This document shows positions 48,261 to 61,734 of a stretch of 64,000 bases of DNA, piece after piece (position 1 is the stretch's first letter; every line of letters begins with the position of its first letter). The notes beneath the pieces are model-generated. The model did no database searches. It was not told the DNA's origin and was given only the letters and a program-made list of their open reading frames with translations. Source of the DNA: Haliotis cracherodii (lineage: Eukaryota); the NCBI RefSeq assembly GCF_022045235.1, contig NW_027266286.1, positions 20,336,001 through 20,400,000 on the forward strand. The letters run 5' to 3'. Position numbers and translations under genes: made by a program.

Positions 48261-51200
48261 ACCACAGGAAAAGCATGCTTACGTAATTTAATAAGTTATC
48301 ACTCGAACAGTGAGTTGGGTTCTAAAACGCTTTTGGAAATAGGGTATTACCAATCATGAAGAATAGTACAATTTAAGTTGCCGGATGTCTTATTTTATAT
48401 CTAACTATAAAAAATAACATTGTCATTTCGCTATCGCATCAAAGTGTTACGAACACTTAACGTGCTAAATAGAAAAAAAACATTAGTTTGCTAATTATTG
48501 GAATGCTTCCATCCTAAATGAAAAAAAAGTATCGAAACGTTTTAATAAACAATAACGGTTGATCTATATGCAACACATGTTCCCGAGGCAAGAGTGTCAA
48601 CTAGACTTTATGATGTCTCCTTTATCAAAGCCTGGAAACTAGGCTTAGATATATGGGCTAGTCTGTCGGTCATACCCTGGAGAAAAAAAATAAAAAGGAG
48701 ACCACCTTAAGTTTAGAATTAATGATTTGGCAAGTCGAGATCCTGAAATTAAGGATTGTTCTGGGCTCCATTTGGATTTTTTATTTTTTTCATTTTGTAG
48801 ATATATATTTTGAAATAAGACAACTTATTTCACGGACTAAATGTCAGTCTATATATAGTACAGGTTGTGGTATACTTGCAATGATGACAAATAGTTGCAG
48901 TGATGAGAAAGCTCTTTTTCCACAACCACCATACCCCTCTGCCAATCTGTTCACCAGAGTCGTCACAGTGTTGCACGAGAACGAATTTCGTGATTCGCCT
49001 TACACATGCACTACCGTTGTCAACTGTGCCAAGGTACCCACACGCGATAAAATCACAAAAGCGGAAATGAAAATAAATCGATTTTTGACCCTCAATGTTA
49101 CAGTGTTCATAAAGCGCAGAGTTCCGCTGTTATATTTTCTGGATCGCATTTGTGACAATGCTTTAGTCTTTATTTTCGCTCGCATTTTATAAAATTGTAT
49201 CAATCTACATGTGTGACGAAGTGCCAAAAAACCATAAGCGTTTCGCATCAGGTTTTACATCTACAATGGTGTGGGACGAGCGGTTTTAATAATTGAATGT
49301 AACTATACAGTGTAGAATTGATTGATTTAACAAGGAAATACATGTGATCAAATATTTATATAGTATATTTGTGTAAAGAGTATATTTTCTTTTTCTAGCT
49401 AAAGTAATAGTATTTTTTTTTTCGTTTTAAAAACAACACCTAGGTTATCTATATTATTGAAAGACTACGAAAGCCTATTAGGGCCAAATTCATTGATAAC
49501 ATTTTTTATTTAACAAGTGATTAAATATTGTCTGTTGAATAATTGTATTCTTTAAAAACAGGTGATTAACGGCATAGATGTATTCCATTAAATATAGCAA
49601 TTTGTTGATATTTTGGCAGCAAAATTTAAGCACATATTTTTGTATCGTATTTTTTAGATTGGCGATTTGAAAAATGAAGTAAAAATTGGTTCCCATGCTC
49701 GTTTGAGTTTAAAACGTCGTCAAAAAAGTAACATATTTTGAACACTGTCCAAAATTCAGTTTCCAATATATTTTCGGAGCAAATGTTTATTGTATGATGA
49801 TGAGACCCCCAAAATTCAGCGATGTTATGCTCATTCGACAACACTTTTTAACCAATCAGATCAGGGAACATACCTACTTTTATGTTACAATAGACAACAT
49901 AACTTGACAATTCCTAAATTATCTCCCTTTGTGAACGAAAATTAGTGTCACTTTCAAATTTTGAAAAGAATTATGGATCTAGATAGATAAAAATATAATA
50001 ACATCATCTAAATTCAAATAGCTTGATATTGTATTTGAGTCCTTTGTTTATTCGTGAAATGTTTTGGATATATATAAAACAAACAAACATACGTTGTCAT
50101 TATAACTCGCTCGTGGGTGCGCTGCTTCATGAACAAGTTTTGTTTTGACTGTTTCCAGGTATACTGTTGGTGTTTTCTCTAACTTGACTTTTGACACAAA
50201 CGGAAAAACAAGCAGTATTGTGAAACTGACCCAGCACACATCACGTAACATCAGACTTGAACACGCAACTTAAATGTTTAACGCCTGCTGTTCGACCAAA
50301 GGTCTCGGCATTGTCATTTAGAATAATGTCCCTTACTTTCGTCCTTAACCTTGTACGCGATGTGTTAACATAAAGTTCTGCGCGCTCGCGAGGGGACCAT
50401 TTGAAGGGAAAACAGTGAAGGATCTTTTTGCACATTTGTTCAATTCTAATTACTATAGTGTGGTAACACTACACTTATTGATTATAACACTTATTGGGTT
50501 TGCAAAATGCCTTTGCATGACACACGAATGATATTTGTGTTCGGGTAGTCATCTTTTATCATAATAACAAAACGTCTACATGTAGAACGTATGTAGGATT
50601 GTACTGAATGCTACTCAGATAGTTGCGTGTTAAACAATGCGATCTGACAATGTGATCATGAATTCCGTGTCACTTATCTTTGTTGTTGTTATTGTCAGCA
50701 GCTGGGAAATCCGTGACGTCATTGGGAAACACCCCGATTTTTCGATCTCTAACACAAATGAGTTCTCTGTCAGAGTTACGATAGGTATCATAGCTCTGAG
50801 CGATCTGTGACAGGTTTACGATTGTTTCGAAAATCTATCTATCTTAACTTTTAGATATCTTATCTTTGAACAAAAGTAGTTAAGATTTATCGTTTCAAAA
50901 TCTAGACCCTACACAACAGGTGGCACCCTTTACAAAAGAAGACCATTAGTAGGCTCTTGTAGCCTCTATCAAATAACCTGTTCACTATTTGGCCAAGGGC
51001 CTCTGTCATCTGCATCTTTGAAAACATTTACACGTTTTTCCTTTATTCACACAAAACTACATTTGCATTTAGATTAATGTATCGTTTATTGAATCATCTA
51101 ATTTACATACTGCATGTTACAGCTTGTTTATGTGTTATTCCAACCATCAATTTGACCTTGTTTTATCTCCTGCTTGGTGTCTATCCTTTTCTCCTTCTTG

Positions 51201-51656
51201 GTGTCTATCCTTTTCTCCTTCTTGGTGTGTACCTTTTTCTTCTTGGTGTCTATCCTTTTCTCCTTCTTGGTGTCTATCCTTTTCTCCTTCTTGGTGTGTA
51301 CCTTTTTCTTCTTGGTGTCTATCCTTTTCTCCTTCTTGGTGTCTATCCGTTCCCCCTTCTTGGTGTCTATCCTTTTCTCCTTCTTGGTGTCTATCCGTTC
51401 CCCCTTCTTGGTGTCTATCCTTTTCTCCTTCTTGGTGTCTATCCTTTTCTCCTTCTTGGTGTCTATCCGTTCCCCCTTCTTCGTGTCTATCCTTTTCTCC
51501 TTCTTGGTGTCTATCCTTTTCTCCTTCTTCGTGTCTATCCTTTTCTCCTTCTTGGTGTCTATCCTTTTCTCCTTCTTGGTGTCTATCCTTTTCTCCTTCT
51601 TGGTGTCTATCCGTTTCCCCTTCTTGTTGTCTATCCCTTTTTCCTTCTGGTTGTCA

Positions 51657-51921
51657 CCCGTGAAGATCCGGGGTAGAATAGGTCTTCAGCAACCCATGCT
51701 TGCTGTAAAAGGCGACTAAGCTTGTCGTAAGAGGCATCTAACGGGATCGGGTGGTCAGGCTCGCTGATTTGGTTGATGCATGTTATCGTATCACAATTGC
51801 GTAGATCGATGCTCATGATATTAATCACTGGATTGTCTGGTCCAGACTCGATTATTTACAGACCACCGTCATATAGCTGGAATATTGCTGAGTGCGGCGT
51901 TAAAAAAACCAACCAACCAAC
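51657..51921 (+). mobile_element. SINE family A
   Basis: Homology, near full length. Confidence 0.92.
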
Positions 51922-52009
51922 CTCCTTGTTGTCTATCCTTTCTCTTTCTTTGTGTCTAGTTTTCTTCTTCGTGTTTATCCTTTGCACCTTGTTGTCTATA
52001 CGTTTCCCG

Positions 52010-52173
52010 TTGCGGTCTTGTAGCCTAGTGGTTAAAGCGTTCGCTCGTCACGCCGAAGACCCGGGTTCGATTCCCGACATGGGTACAATGTGTCAAGCCC
52101 ATTTCTGGTGCCCCCCGCCGTGATATTGCTGGAATATTGCTAAAAGCGGCGTAAAACCATACTCACTCACTCA
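52010..52173 (+). mobile_element. SINE family B
   Basis: TSD ctatacgtttccc. Confidence 0.92.
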
Positions 52174-53292
52174 CTATACGTTTCCCCTTCTTGGTGTCAT
52201 ACTTTTCTCCTTCTTGGTGTCTATCCTTTCTCCTTCTTGGTGTCTAGCCTTTCTCCTTCTTGGTGTCTATCCTTTTCTCCTTCTTGTTGTCTATCCTTTC
52301 TCCTTCTTGGTGTCTATCCTTTTCTCCTTCTTGTTGTCTATCCTTTCTCCTTCTTGGTGTCTAGCCTTTCTCCTTGGTGTCTAGCCTTTCTCCTTCTTGG
52401 TGTCAAGCCTTTTCTCCTTGGTGTCAAGCCTTTTTTCCTTTTTGTTGTTCATCTTTTTCTCCTTGGCGTCTATCCTTCTCGAACCACACGTAGAGATAAC
52501 GGTGTCATGATTGGGAAATACAACCTTTATCGCAAAGACTAAAAAAGAATATACTTCTATTTCCGACAGTATACTTTATAGTCTGTTTAAGAATTGAATT
52601 CAGTATTGTTTGTGTTTATGGAGATATAAACGCAATAAAACTTAGCAGTATTTCGGTTAAATCACAGCGTACCCTGCATGCAGCTATAAATGTGTGAGGA
52701 TAGTCCATGCTGAAGCGGATCGCTGACGTTAAGAGTTACCTACGAACACGATAGACCGTCACCTTGCGTGGCCAACAGGTCGCCGCCTAAGGGTCGGGAT
52801 GTGGGGCATAATGACATCTCACATGTTGACACAGGTGCATATAGTATACGCGTGTGAACCTGAACGGCCTCTGGGCACATCACACGGCACAGTCAACGCA
52901 TAACAAGGGACGGGGTGTGGCGGTCGAGTAAACAGTAAGTCCAGTTTAGTACATGAATGATTATCAGAACTTGTTTATTTTATCCCAAAAAATATGCATG
53001 CTATTGATGTCATACGTCGACTTTGTCAAACCATAACTAATGTTATCCTATAGATTTAACCAGCGCGCTTGCAGGCGGTTCACCACACAGAGTCGGACAT
53101 CCAGACATATGGAATAACCTTTCACACGGTTTATTGTGTGTGTAGGAGAAAAACAGGATTTTGTTTGGAAATCTAAAAATCGATGGGGAAGGAATATCGA
53201 AGGCCCGAGGGCAATTCCGACCCCGAGGGTTTACAGTTTCAAAGAAATTAAATTGGAGGTTCATACTTCTGGACGTGAACCTCTAGCCACTG

Positions 53293-53497
53293 GTCTGTCT
53301 TACAGACCCAGATACAAATATATATGAAATACAGCCCATGCAAGTCTATAATGTTTGGCAAGTCTAGATTACTGCAGTATCAGTATCCGAAAATGAAGAG
53401 AGTCACTGGGCTCCCTTTTATTATATTTTTTATTAAGGTAACTGAACAACTCTTGTTTTTCTGTACGATATGTTCATTTCAGAAACTAGATGTTAGT
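53293..53497 (+). repeat. Unclassified dispersed repeat (also 10805-11000 + and about 6330-6505 -)
   Basis: Shared cagcccatgcaagtctataatgtttggcaagtctagat...gaaaatgaagagagt core. Confidence 0.75.
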
Positions 53498-54128
53498 CTT
53501 CTCCAGCCACGTATATTGTATTATTACTGCGTGAAGCTGACGTGGTCCACTTTCAACAGCTGTTGGCCACCACGCGACATATGTTTTATGAGTATCTGGT
53601 ATGACACGAAACATGGTTAAGACTTTTAGATTAAGAAAATATATGAAATTTAACTCAATGAGGTAACGCATTAAAAAAAGTGAGTTTAGAAAATATAATA
53701 TGAAATTAAACTCATTGAGGTAACGCATTTAAAAACAGTGTGTTTAGACACTTAAAAAAAGATGTGATGTCCTGATATAATACCATTCCAGCTTGCGTGA
53801 CATCGACATGTATATATATATATTGCCTAACCCAAAATAAGACGTTGTACATAAACCTACCCGACTGAGCCATACCTTTTATTGTTTGTTTGACGCCTCA
53901 CTTCTCAATACTCCAGCTATAAGACGTCTGTCAATAACTGAGTATCGACCAGACAATCCGGTGATTGAAATGGATGTGCCTTATGTGGTTGTTTGTGAAC
54001 TCTTAACGTCCTATTTTGTTACTGAGGTTGACTGATCATAAAAATGGGATGTCGGTAATTTGAACATCCATCTTCTAAAGAAAAGGAACGTTTTCAGCTG
54101 AGCTTATAACTAAGTTCATACAAACAGG

Positions 54129-54266
54129 NNNNNNNNNNNNNNNNNNNNNNNNNNNNNNNNNNNNNNNNNNNNNNNNNNNNNNNNNNNNNNNNNNNNNNNN
54201 NNNNNNNNNNNNNNNNNNNNNNNNNNNNNNNNNNNNNNNNNNNNNNNNNNNNNNNNNNNNNNNNNN
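54129..54266. other. Assembly gap (138 N)
   Basis: Run of N. Confidence 0.99.
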
Positions 54267-54527
54267 ACACTACCACTTCTAGAATTTCGGCGCGATAGAC
54301 AAATGTACACCCAGCCCTACTCATTAAGGCAGAGACAGAAAGTGCTTAATCTCAGATTTTGCTTTGTTGACAGTGATAGGGTTCGTTTGGCACAAACCAG
54401 TAAAATCTTCAAGTCACTTTCAGATTCAGCCAGTTGTACGAGTTCAGAAGGTCAACTGTCCTGTTGTCAATCAATCAGTTTATTGGCCTACAGTACAATG
54501 CGTATTTACATGTAGGTGACGTGGTTG

Positions 54528-57392
54528 TTAACTAACAATTCTGTTTCTATGTGACATAGCGTGATAAACATATGTTGCCAGGTTACATAACATAGTATCA
54601 TTAGATGAAGTTAAAAGATCTACAAACTTATGGTCATTCGGGTGTACAGAGTAGAAAGATGGCAAATATTTATCACGTAAATGTTTGTAAGCTTGACATA
54701 CCAGGAGAAAGTGAAACTCATCTTCAATTGAATTTGTGTTACACGTGCATATTCTGTCTCTTCTATCAGTGTGATTATATCTACCAGTCTCTATATACAG
54801 GTTGTGAGTGGAACATCTAAATCGTGCTTGTGCAATTCTAATTTTTTTAAACTCAAGTTTACAGAGGTACGCCTCAATTTCAATATTACTTTTCATGATT
54901 CTATAATATAAACATTTATTTGATTTGGACATTAATTCTAACCATTTCTGCAAATACATATCTTTTAGGCTCTGGGGGAAGGACATTAAAAAGAGCGGTT
55001 CTGATTCTACACACTGATTATACCACACATAATTTAAACCCGTAATAAATAATTATTATTTTACGTTTGTTACCCAATTTCGTTTTCCAGTACTGTCGTA
55101 GATGTTTAACATATCATAGCACTTCCTAGGGTTTCTATCATTAGTAATGTTTATCAAGCGAATCCAGTATTTAATCACTTTTAAGTAGGATTGAATATAC
55201 AGCGGATATCGTCCCGTTTCTCCATATACCATTATGCTGGACGTACTATTTTTAACTCCTACATATATAATTCTTGCAAACAAACAAATGTACTTATTTA
55301 ATTTGATCATGAATTTTTATACCCCAGACTTCAGCACCATAGTGTAGTATTGGAATTATCTTTGTATCAAAAAGTTTAAAATATGATCTAAATGAGATGT
55401 CTCTTAGAAATGGAGACTGTCTATGAAGATGTGGTTTCCAAAATTTCTCCATTGTGAAACCGTTTTTCAATTGATGCTAGTTTTCCCCCATTTTTGAAGA
55501 CTATAACTTTTGTTTTTTCTCTATTTACAACTAAGTTTGATTCTTTACAGAATTTTTCAAGTTCATTAATTTGCCTTTGCAAACCAATCACTGTCGTGGA
55601 GAAATGTATGACATCATCTGCGAAAAGCAACAGAAATAATTCCGTAAGATCTGGATGTAACTGTATACCATGGGAGCAATTTTCTTGTTTTTGAGTAGCT
55701 AATTCATTAATGAAAAAAGAAAATTGAAACGGACTCATTATACAGCCTTGTCTAACACCTAAATCAATAGTAAAACTTTCTGACAGTTTGTTATTATTTC
55801 TCACGCAGGCTTTGACATTGGTGTATATACTTCTCAAAAGATTACTCATTTTCAAGCTAATTCCGTGCGATTCTAACAGTGTCCATAGTTTTGTTCTATC
55901 TTCTCTGTCAAACGCCTTTGAAAAATCAACGAAAAGTGCATAAAATGTTCCACCTCTTTTACTAAGTATTTCTCTATGAGCCTCTGTAGTGTAAAAATAG
56001 TATCGATGGTAGAATATCCCTGTCGAAAACCAGCTTGTGCTTCACTAATTTTCTGCCCAATTCTGTAATCTTTTATTTATAATGTATATGAACAATTTAC
56101 TAAAGACGCTTAAAAGTGTTATACCTCGGTAGTTATTGGTATTGTTAATATCACCATGTTTATGGATGGGGACAATTATGCCAAACGTCCATGATTCGGG
56201 GAAATTCCCACCCTGTAGAATATGATTAAAAACAAATGATAAATATGGTATTATGATATCTGCACAGTGTTTGAACAATTCCGGTAGCATTTTGTCAATT
56301 TCCGATTTATTGTTTTTCAAATTATCTATGCTATTCATTATTTCCTGAAAAGAAATTGGAGAATCTAAAATGTCAGTTACGACATCATCGATTTCACGAA
56401 TTCGGTCACACTCTGTAGTATGTACATGGTCTATATCCATATCATTTCTATTTGATTCGAAAAGAGTTTTACAGTGAGAAACCCATTCACCTGTGCTGAT
56501 ATCATTCCCTTGGGAATATTTTCCTCTAAGTTTTCTTAATATTGACCAGAACTGGGTTGGGTCATCTATACTGTTTGCTGAGAGTATCCTTTGTTTTTGG
56601 AGGTAGTTATTTCGTTTTTGTCTACAAATGGCATTGTACTTATTTCTTGCTGCATTATAAAGTTGTAATGAATCCCTGTCTTTAAGTTGTCTAAACCTAT
56701 TTAAGTTCTTACACCTCTGTCGTTTCAATTCTTCACATTCTCTATCAAACCACTTATTAACCCTTTCCGAGTAATTTGAACTTTTAACTTTCCTTTTCAT
56801 TTAAAGGCAGCTTTTGAGATTGCCTGAACTATACAATCGATACTCTTATTAATATTGACGGACACTTCTTCCTGTGACATGTTTAGCACAGTCTGTACCT
56901 CATCTGTAAGTAAATTTTCTCTGAAAGTTTCACAGTGCTGGACATCCCAAACAAACTTATGAGAAACGCTATCACTACGAGAACTATTGTTGCTACATGG
57001 GTGAGGATGAAGCGTCCGTAAAGTCACAGAAACTGGAAGATGTGGAGTCAGCACGTGATGAAGTCTCGAAATCAGCTACATAGTCAAATATAAAAGATGA
57101 TGCAATTACATAGTCCACAAGACTGGCACCGAGTGATCCAATAAATGTGTAATCTCCACGTCCTGGGGGGCGGTCGGGTAGGCTAGTGGTTGAAGCGTTT
57201 GCTCGTCACGCCGAAGACCTGGGTTCGATTCCCGACATGGGTACAATGTGTGAAGCCCATTTCAGGTGTCCACCGCCGTGATATTGCTGGAAAATTGCTT
57301 AAAGCAGCGTAAAACCATACTTACTCACTCCACGTCCTGAGTCTGATCCACATCTCACATTCATGATATGTACATTGAAAATTGAACACAAA
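54528..57392 (-). mobile_element. Decayed non-LTR retrotransposon (LINE) ORF2, multiple frameshifts; clade uncertain (RTE-X/Proto2- or CR1/L2-group-like)
   Basis: APE remnant (YTFIGSLGASLVDY, HLPVSV), NYRGITLLSVFSKLF, FVDFSKAFD, GVRQGCIMSP, LLFADD, and C-terminal HNLYIETGRY...EDEFHFLLVC. Confidence 0.93.
57165..57327 (+). mobile_element. SINE family B inserted into the LINE
   Basis: TSD ctccacgtcctg; LINE sequence continues on both sides. Confidence 0.93.
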
Positions 57393-57419
57393 TCTAGTAA
57401 AGATCTACCAAAGGCATTA

Positions 57420-57603
57420 CTGTTCTTATCCACAGAGTGTTGTCAATGACGACGCCACTGGAAAGGCGGTTAACTTCAGTGATGAGGCCATTTATATACA
57501 GGTTGAACAGTAATGGAGATAACATACATCCTTGTTTTAGTTCCCCATTCGCAACACACATTGGCGTAGATCTTCCATTTATGTGAACGCAGTATTGTAT
57601 CAC
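57420..57603 (-). mobile_element. Separate LINE RT fragment
   Basis: LKQGCMLSPLLFNLYINGL. Confidence 0.75.
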
Positions 57604-58959
57604 TTCTTATATTTTATCACAATTTCCTACCTCAAAGGATGTAGGCCTAGATCTAGATCTCTAATATTTTATTTAGTTTGTGTGACTTCATGTTTACACT
57701 GAGAGCCATACAACAACCAGCTGTATCGCGGAATAAAATAGTTCCTCATTAGGAGCGGTGACGTGAGCGTATGTATGCACAACTTGTTCTTCAGAAACAT
57801 CTTACACAACACGTCTTCAAATAACATCACCGTTAGATGTTAAAAAAGGTCTGTTAAGAACTACTTCTGTAAGTCAATCACAATGACGGCGCGTTGTAAT
57901 ACATTTCCATCAAGTTCAAGACGTCAAAATGGCCGACACCATAAACGTGACGGCAGTGATTTAGGAAGTTGTTTTTGAACCTGTGGGGGTTACATGTTTA
58001 AGTCATCATTGATCAACTGGCCGATCATTGAAAGGTGATTAAAGATGTGTCATATAGACACTAAGGTAAAATCATAGATTGCTGTAGACTGTCACTGTCA
58101 GCCCGGACACACCCCCTGATGTTTCTCAATGCATACTAAAACGCTGAGTTCAAGATTAAAGGGTCTAAATTATCAGAAAGAACGCTTCTTTATGTATTCA
58201 TGCGAGGGAATTCCCAGGAATGTGGAAGTCGTCCGTCAGTGTTTACGTCATTTCAAGAATGACACGTCATTTCGTGAAAAACGTATGAAAGTCAAATTGT
58301 GTCGTTCATACACTTATGGACGTCAATTTCGCAGTCATGTGACCTACCTCTCGTCCAATGAAAAAGCCGTATATCGTGTAAACTTCAAATTAAAAAAAAT
58401 ATTTAAAGTTAAGCTATAAGATAGCTTCATATGAATTGTCTAATACCAAGACATTAATCTTATGACACGCTTCATTTCTTACCAGGGACCCAACGCCTTC
58501 TGGCTACACACCAATGAATTGATTTGTGGTTATGTCCAAACCACGTTTTGACTTTTGGAAATAAATTTATTTTATGGTCTTTGGAAAATCGTCTAAACGG
58601 AACTTTTAATTTCCTTAGTATTAACGGTAGTGTTAATGTACATTAAAACCTGACATTTAACCCCTTGCAGCACACAGTTAATTGTTCATTACGCAAGCAG
58701 TTAACGATGACTTGGTGGGGGCTGTTGGTTCCCACAACAGAACAGAAGAAAAGGCTTAATTTCTTTAGTATTTACGGTAGTGTTTATGTACATTATAACC
58801 TGATAATTTTTCATTACGCAAGCGGTAAACGATGACTGGGTGGGGCGGTTGGTTCCCACAACAGAACAGAAGAGAAGGCTAGGCTTATTCACAAAGATCA
58901 AACAAAGTGAAATAGTGATACAGCTATTTACATTTTCTATATACATTTGTTTAGACAGC

Positions 58960-59135
58960 TGTAATAGGGGTAGACATTTATTTACAAATTTAACAATATT
59001 ACATAATAAGGGGACGTAATCAGACATTATTAACTTCAAAAACGTTTCAATATTTGGAAACGTGATGAAATAATTTGGAACGTACAAGACACGATATTTG
59101 TTTAGAATAGGACAAACAAGCATAAAAAGATACCC
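58960..59135 (-). mobile_element. LINE 3'-end fragment
   Basis: LVCPILNKYRVLYVPNYF...LCNIVKFV parallels the C-terminus of the 54528 element. Confidence 0.6.
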
Positions 59136-59313
59136 GTCACCAGAGCTTTTAAGTTACACAAAGGTCAGAGGCTATTTTTTCAATAGGATTATTTTGCCAG
59201 CGACGTTTCTATTGGAACATACTAATCATTTAGTAGCATGTGGACTTGCTCGGGATAGGCCAGCTATTGTTGTTGAGGGTGTATGACAGACTAACGTGGT
59301 TCATTAACTTCAG

Positions 59314-60096
59314 TTCCGGATGGACAAGGCAAAGGACCAACACTCATTGAAGCTGCTGCGTGTGGCCGAGGACTTCTGCCAGGGACAGATGGTGACAACA
59401 ATCACTCATCTATATCGGAACAAATCTCGGGAGTACTTCGATCAAGTCCTGAACAAGGAAGATGGCCTGATGTTGCCCTACAAGAAAGACAACGGGGGCG
59501 ACCCATCCTGCCCCATCAACGGCAGATTGAAGGGACTGTTCTTTGCCGCTACGTTGGTGCAGGGGAGAATTCCAGAGGCATCGCCATTCGGAAATACTCG
59601 GTTGACGCTTCCAGTGGAAGAGCTGATTGGACCAGACACGAACCTTTACTTCGCCGATTTCTTCTGCATGCCTATAATGTCAATAAATAATAACCACTAC
59701 ATTGTACTGGTGGTGACGAAGCAGGGATCACCCTCCGACCTGTTCTGCAACACAATTCTCCCTCAAATCAACATCAATAACAACTTATTCCTAACACGGA
59801 GAGACGGGCCAAATGGACCTTCTTTTACAATACCTTTCAAAACAGGGTTTGATCACGACGGGCGGCCTCACAAGTTGTGGATCGAGGTAATGTACACCGA
59901 GGCCATTGATATGGCGAACATGCTAATCAAATATGGCGATGCCATAGTAACAACGTGTAGGACATTCGGCGAAGGAAGCAGCAAGAAGGAAACGGGTGTG
60001 AGGAAACATACAAACTGTACAATATGTAGTTATAACCCTTGTGTGAGGTGCATCTGTTGCAAGAGAGTTCTCTCTGGTCGAGATTTTGACTTGTGA
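59314..60096 (+). CDS. PHYHIP-like copy 2 (PHYHIP_C domain exon, in-frame ATG at 59320)
   Basis: 258-aa ORF with LYRNK, PYKKDNGGDPSCPING, GLFFA, SPFGNTR, LYFADFFC, HYIVLV, EVMYTE, CTIC. Possible acceptor cttcag ends at 59313; no upstream exons found. Confidence 0.92.
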   Translation, partial: FRMDKAKDQHSLKLLRVAEDFCQGQMVTTITHLYRNKSREYFDQVLNKEDGLMLPYKKDNGGDPSCPINGRLKGLFFAATLVQGRIPEASPFGNTRLTLPVEELIGPDTNLYFADFFCMPIMSINNNHYIVLVVTKQGSPSDLFCNTILPQININNNLFLTRRDGPNGPSFTIPFKTGFDHDGRPHKLWIEVMYTEAIDMANMLIKYGDAIVTTCRTFGEGSSKKETGVRKHTNCTICSYNPCVRCICCKRVLSGRDFDL

Positions 60097-60310
60097 CCTT
60101 GACCTCCATTGACGTGTCAGCGCGGGTGTTGTGTCTGGTCTGTTAGGGTTTAGAGGGAACCATTTTACCTTTTGTGCAGCTTTTGGCACAGGCGGGACAC
60201 CGAGGACAGGCTGAAGAATTTGTAATCTTGTTGGAATCACATCCAGTATTGGAGACGAGGTGGTCACAGTACTTGGCTATATCCCATCATCCTTTGATTG
60301 GTGACTGGGT

Positions 60311-60547
60311 TGGTTGGTTGGTTGTTTAACGTCCACTCAGCAATATTCCAGCTATATGACGGCGGTCTGTAAATAATCGAGTCTGGACCAGACAATCCTG
60401 GGATTGATGTCATGAGCATCGATCCACGAAATTGGGAGCGATGACATGCATCAACCAAGTCAGCGAGACCGACCACCCGATCTCGTTAGTTGACTTTTAC
60501 GGCAAGCATGGGTTGAAGAGCTATTCTTGCCCGGATCTTCACGGGTC
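60311..60547 (-). mobile_element. SINE family A
   Basis: TSD attggtga(c/t)tggg. Confidence 0.9.
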
Positions 60548-60907
60548 TATTGGTGATTGGGTCACTTGTCAGAAGAAGCATCTAACCTCGCCCTGTGGTT
60601 CAGATGCTAAGCATCTCCTCTGAAGATAATTTCAGCAATTATTTATGTTGCAAAGTAAAATTGTATTTGAGTTAAATGTGTTATCTTCTATTATTTTTAT
60701 AGCGGGTATTTATCAGATATAGAGTGAAAGAATGTGCAAAAGAAACAAGCATACAGAAATAAGACCAGGTTCACGATAACCATAATAACCTTGACCTTTG
60801 AAACACATCAAGATATCAATTTTCATAACTGTAGAGAGTGTGAGTATGACAACAAATAACTGAATCTGGACCAGTCCATTCCAATAGGTTGATAGGAGCA
60901 AAAGGTG

Positions 60908-61168
60908 TGTTTAACGCCGCACTCAGCAATATTGAACCTAAATGATGGCGGTCAGTACCTGACAATCCAGTGATTGACATCATGAGCACCGATCTAGGCA
61001 ATTGGGATACGATGACATGCATCAACCATGTCAGCGAGCCTGACAACCCGATCCCTTTAATCGCCTCTCGATCCCTTTAGTCGCCTCTCCTGAAAAGCAT
61101 AGTCGCCTGTTAGGGCAAGCAAAGCATGGAATGCTGACGACCTATTCTACCATGGACCTTCACAGGTC
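60908..61168 (-). mobile_element. SINE family A
   Basis: Homology. Confidence 0.85.
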
Positions 61169-61734
61169 GCCAGCCTAGGTATTGGCTATATATATATGTA
61201 AACATTCCGATAAATAGGTGCAATCAATGAAAACAAAACTCAAATAGAGAAAAAAACTTTCATAGAATATAAAACGTATAATGTTTTAACAATGGAATAT
61301 GTAATGTCAGAACATATACATGCTTAAGATATTCCAGTAGACAGGTACACACAACTTCAGCACAGTACACCATCTTGTCTGACAGAGACAGTGCAATATC
61401 CTCATTCATTAATAGCACCAACCATAACCACTCAAAATAATGTAAATGCTGCACGCTTTCATGGCAATACCTGAACATTCAAATATATCGTCACAGAAAA
61501 ACATGATTGACAATGAACTATACATGCTAAAGATGCATACTTACGTCCATGGGTAACGTGGGTACAAAAAGGGGAGGCATCAGCCAATGGGAAGGGACAC
61601 GTGGGTAATAGTGAATTAAGGGTATGGACACCTGGCTTAGGGTGAATTAAGGGTATGGACACCTGGCTAAGGGTGAATTTAGGTTATGCACATCTGAGTA
61701 AACGTGCATTTAAGATATGGACTCTCGGATAATA

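Larger units (their letters stand above)
51165..52480. repeat. CT-rich ~24-nt minisatellite interrupted by two SINE insertions
   Basis: Unit cttggtgtctatccttttctcctt. Confidence 0.92.

Noticed and set aside
48722-49248. 156-aa and 82-aa ORFs in the intergenic region
   Set aside because: No recognisable motifs, splice structure or codon bias.
51077-52542. Hydrophobic LLGVYPF-repeat ORFs
   Set aside because: CT-rich tandem repeat open in all frames and interrupted by SINEs.
54094-54324. ORFs containing X runs
   Set aside because: Artefacts of the N gap.
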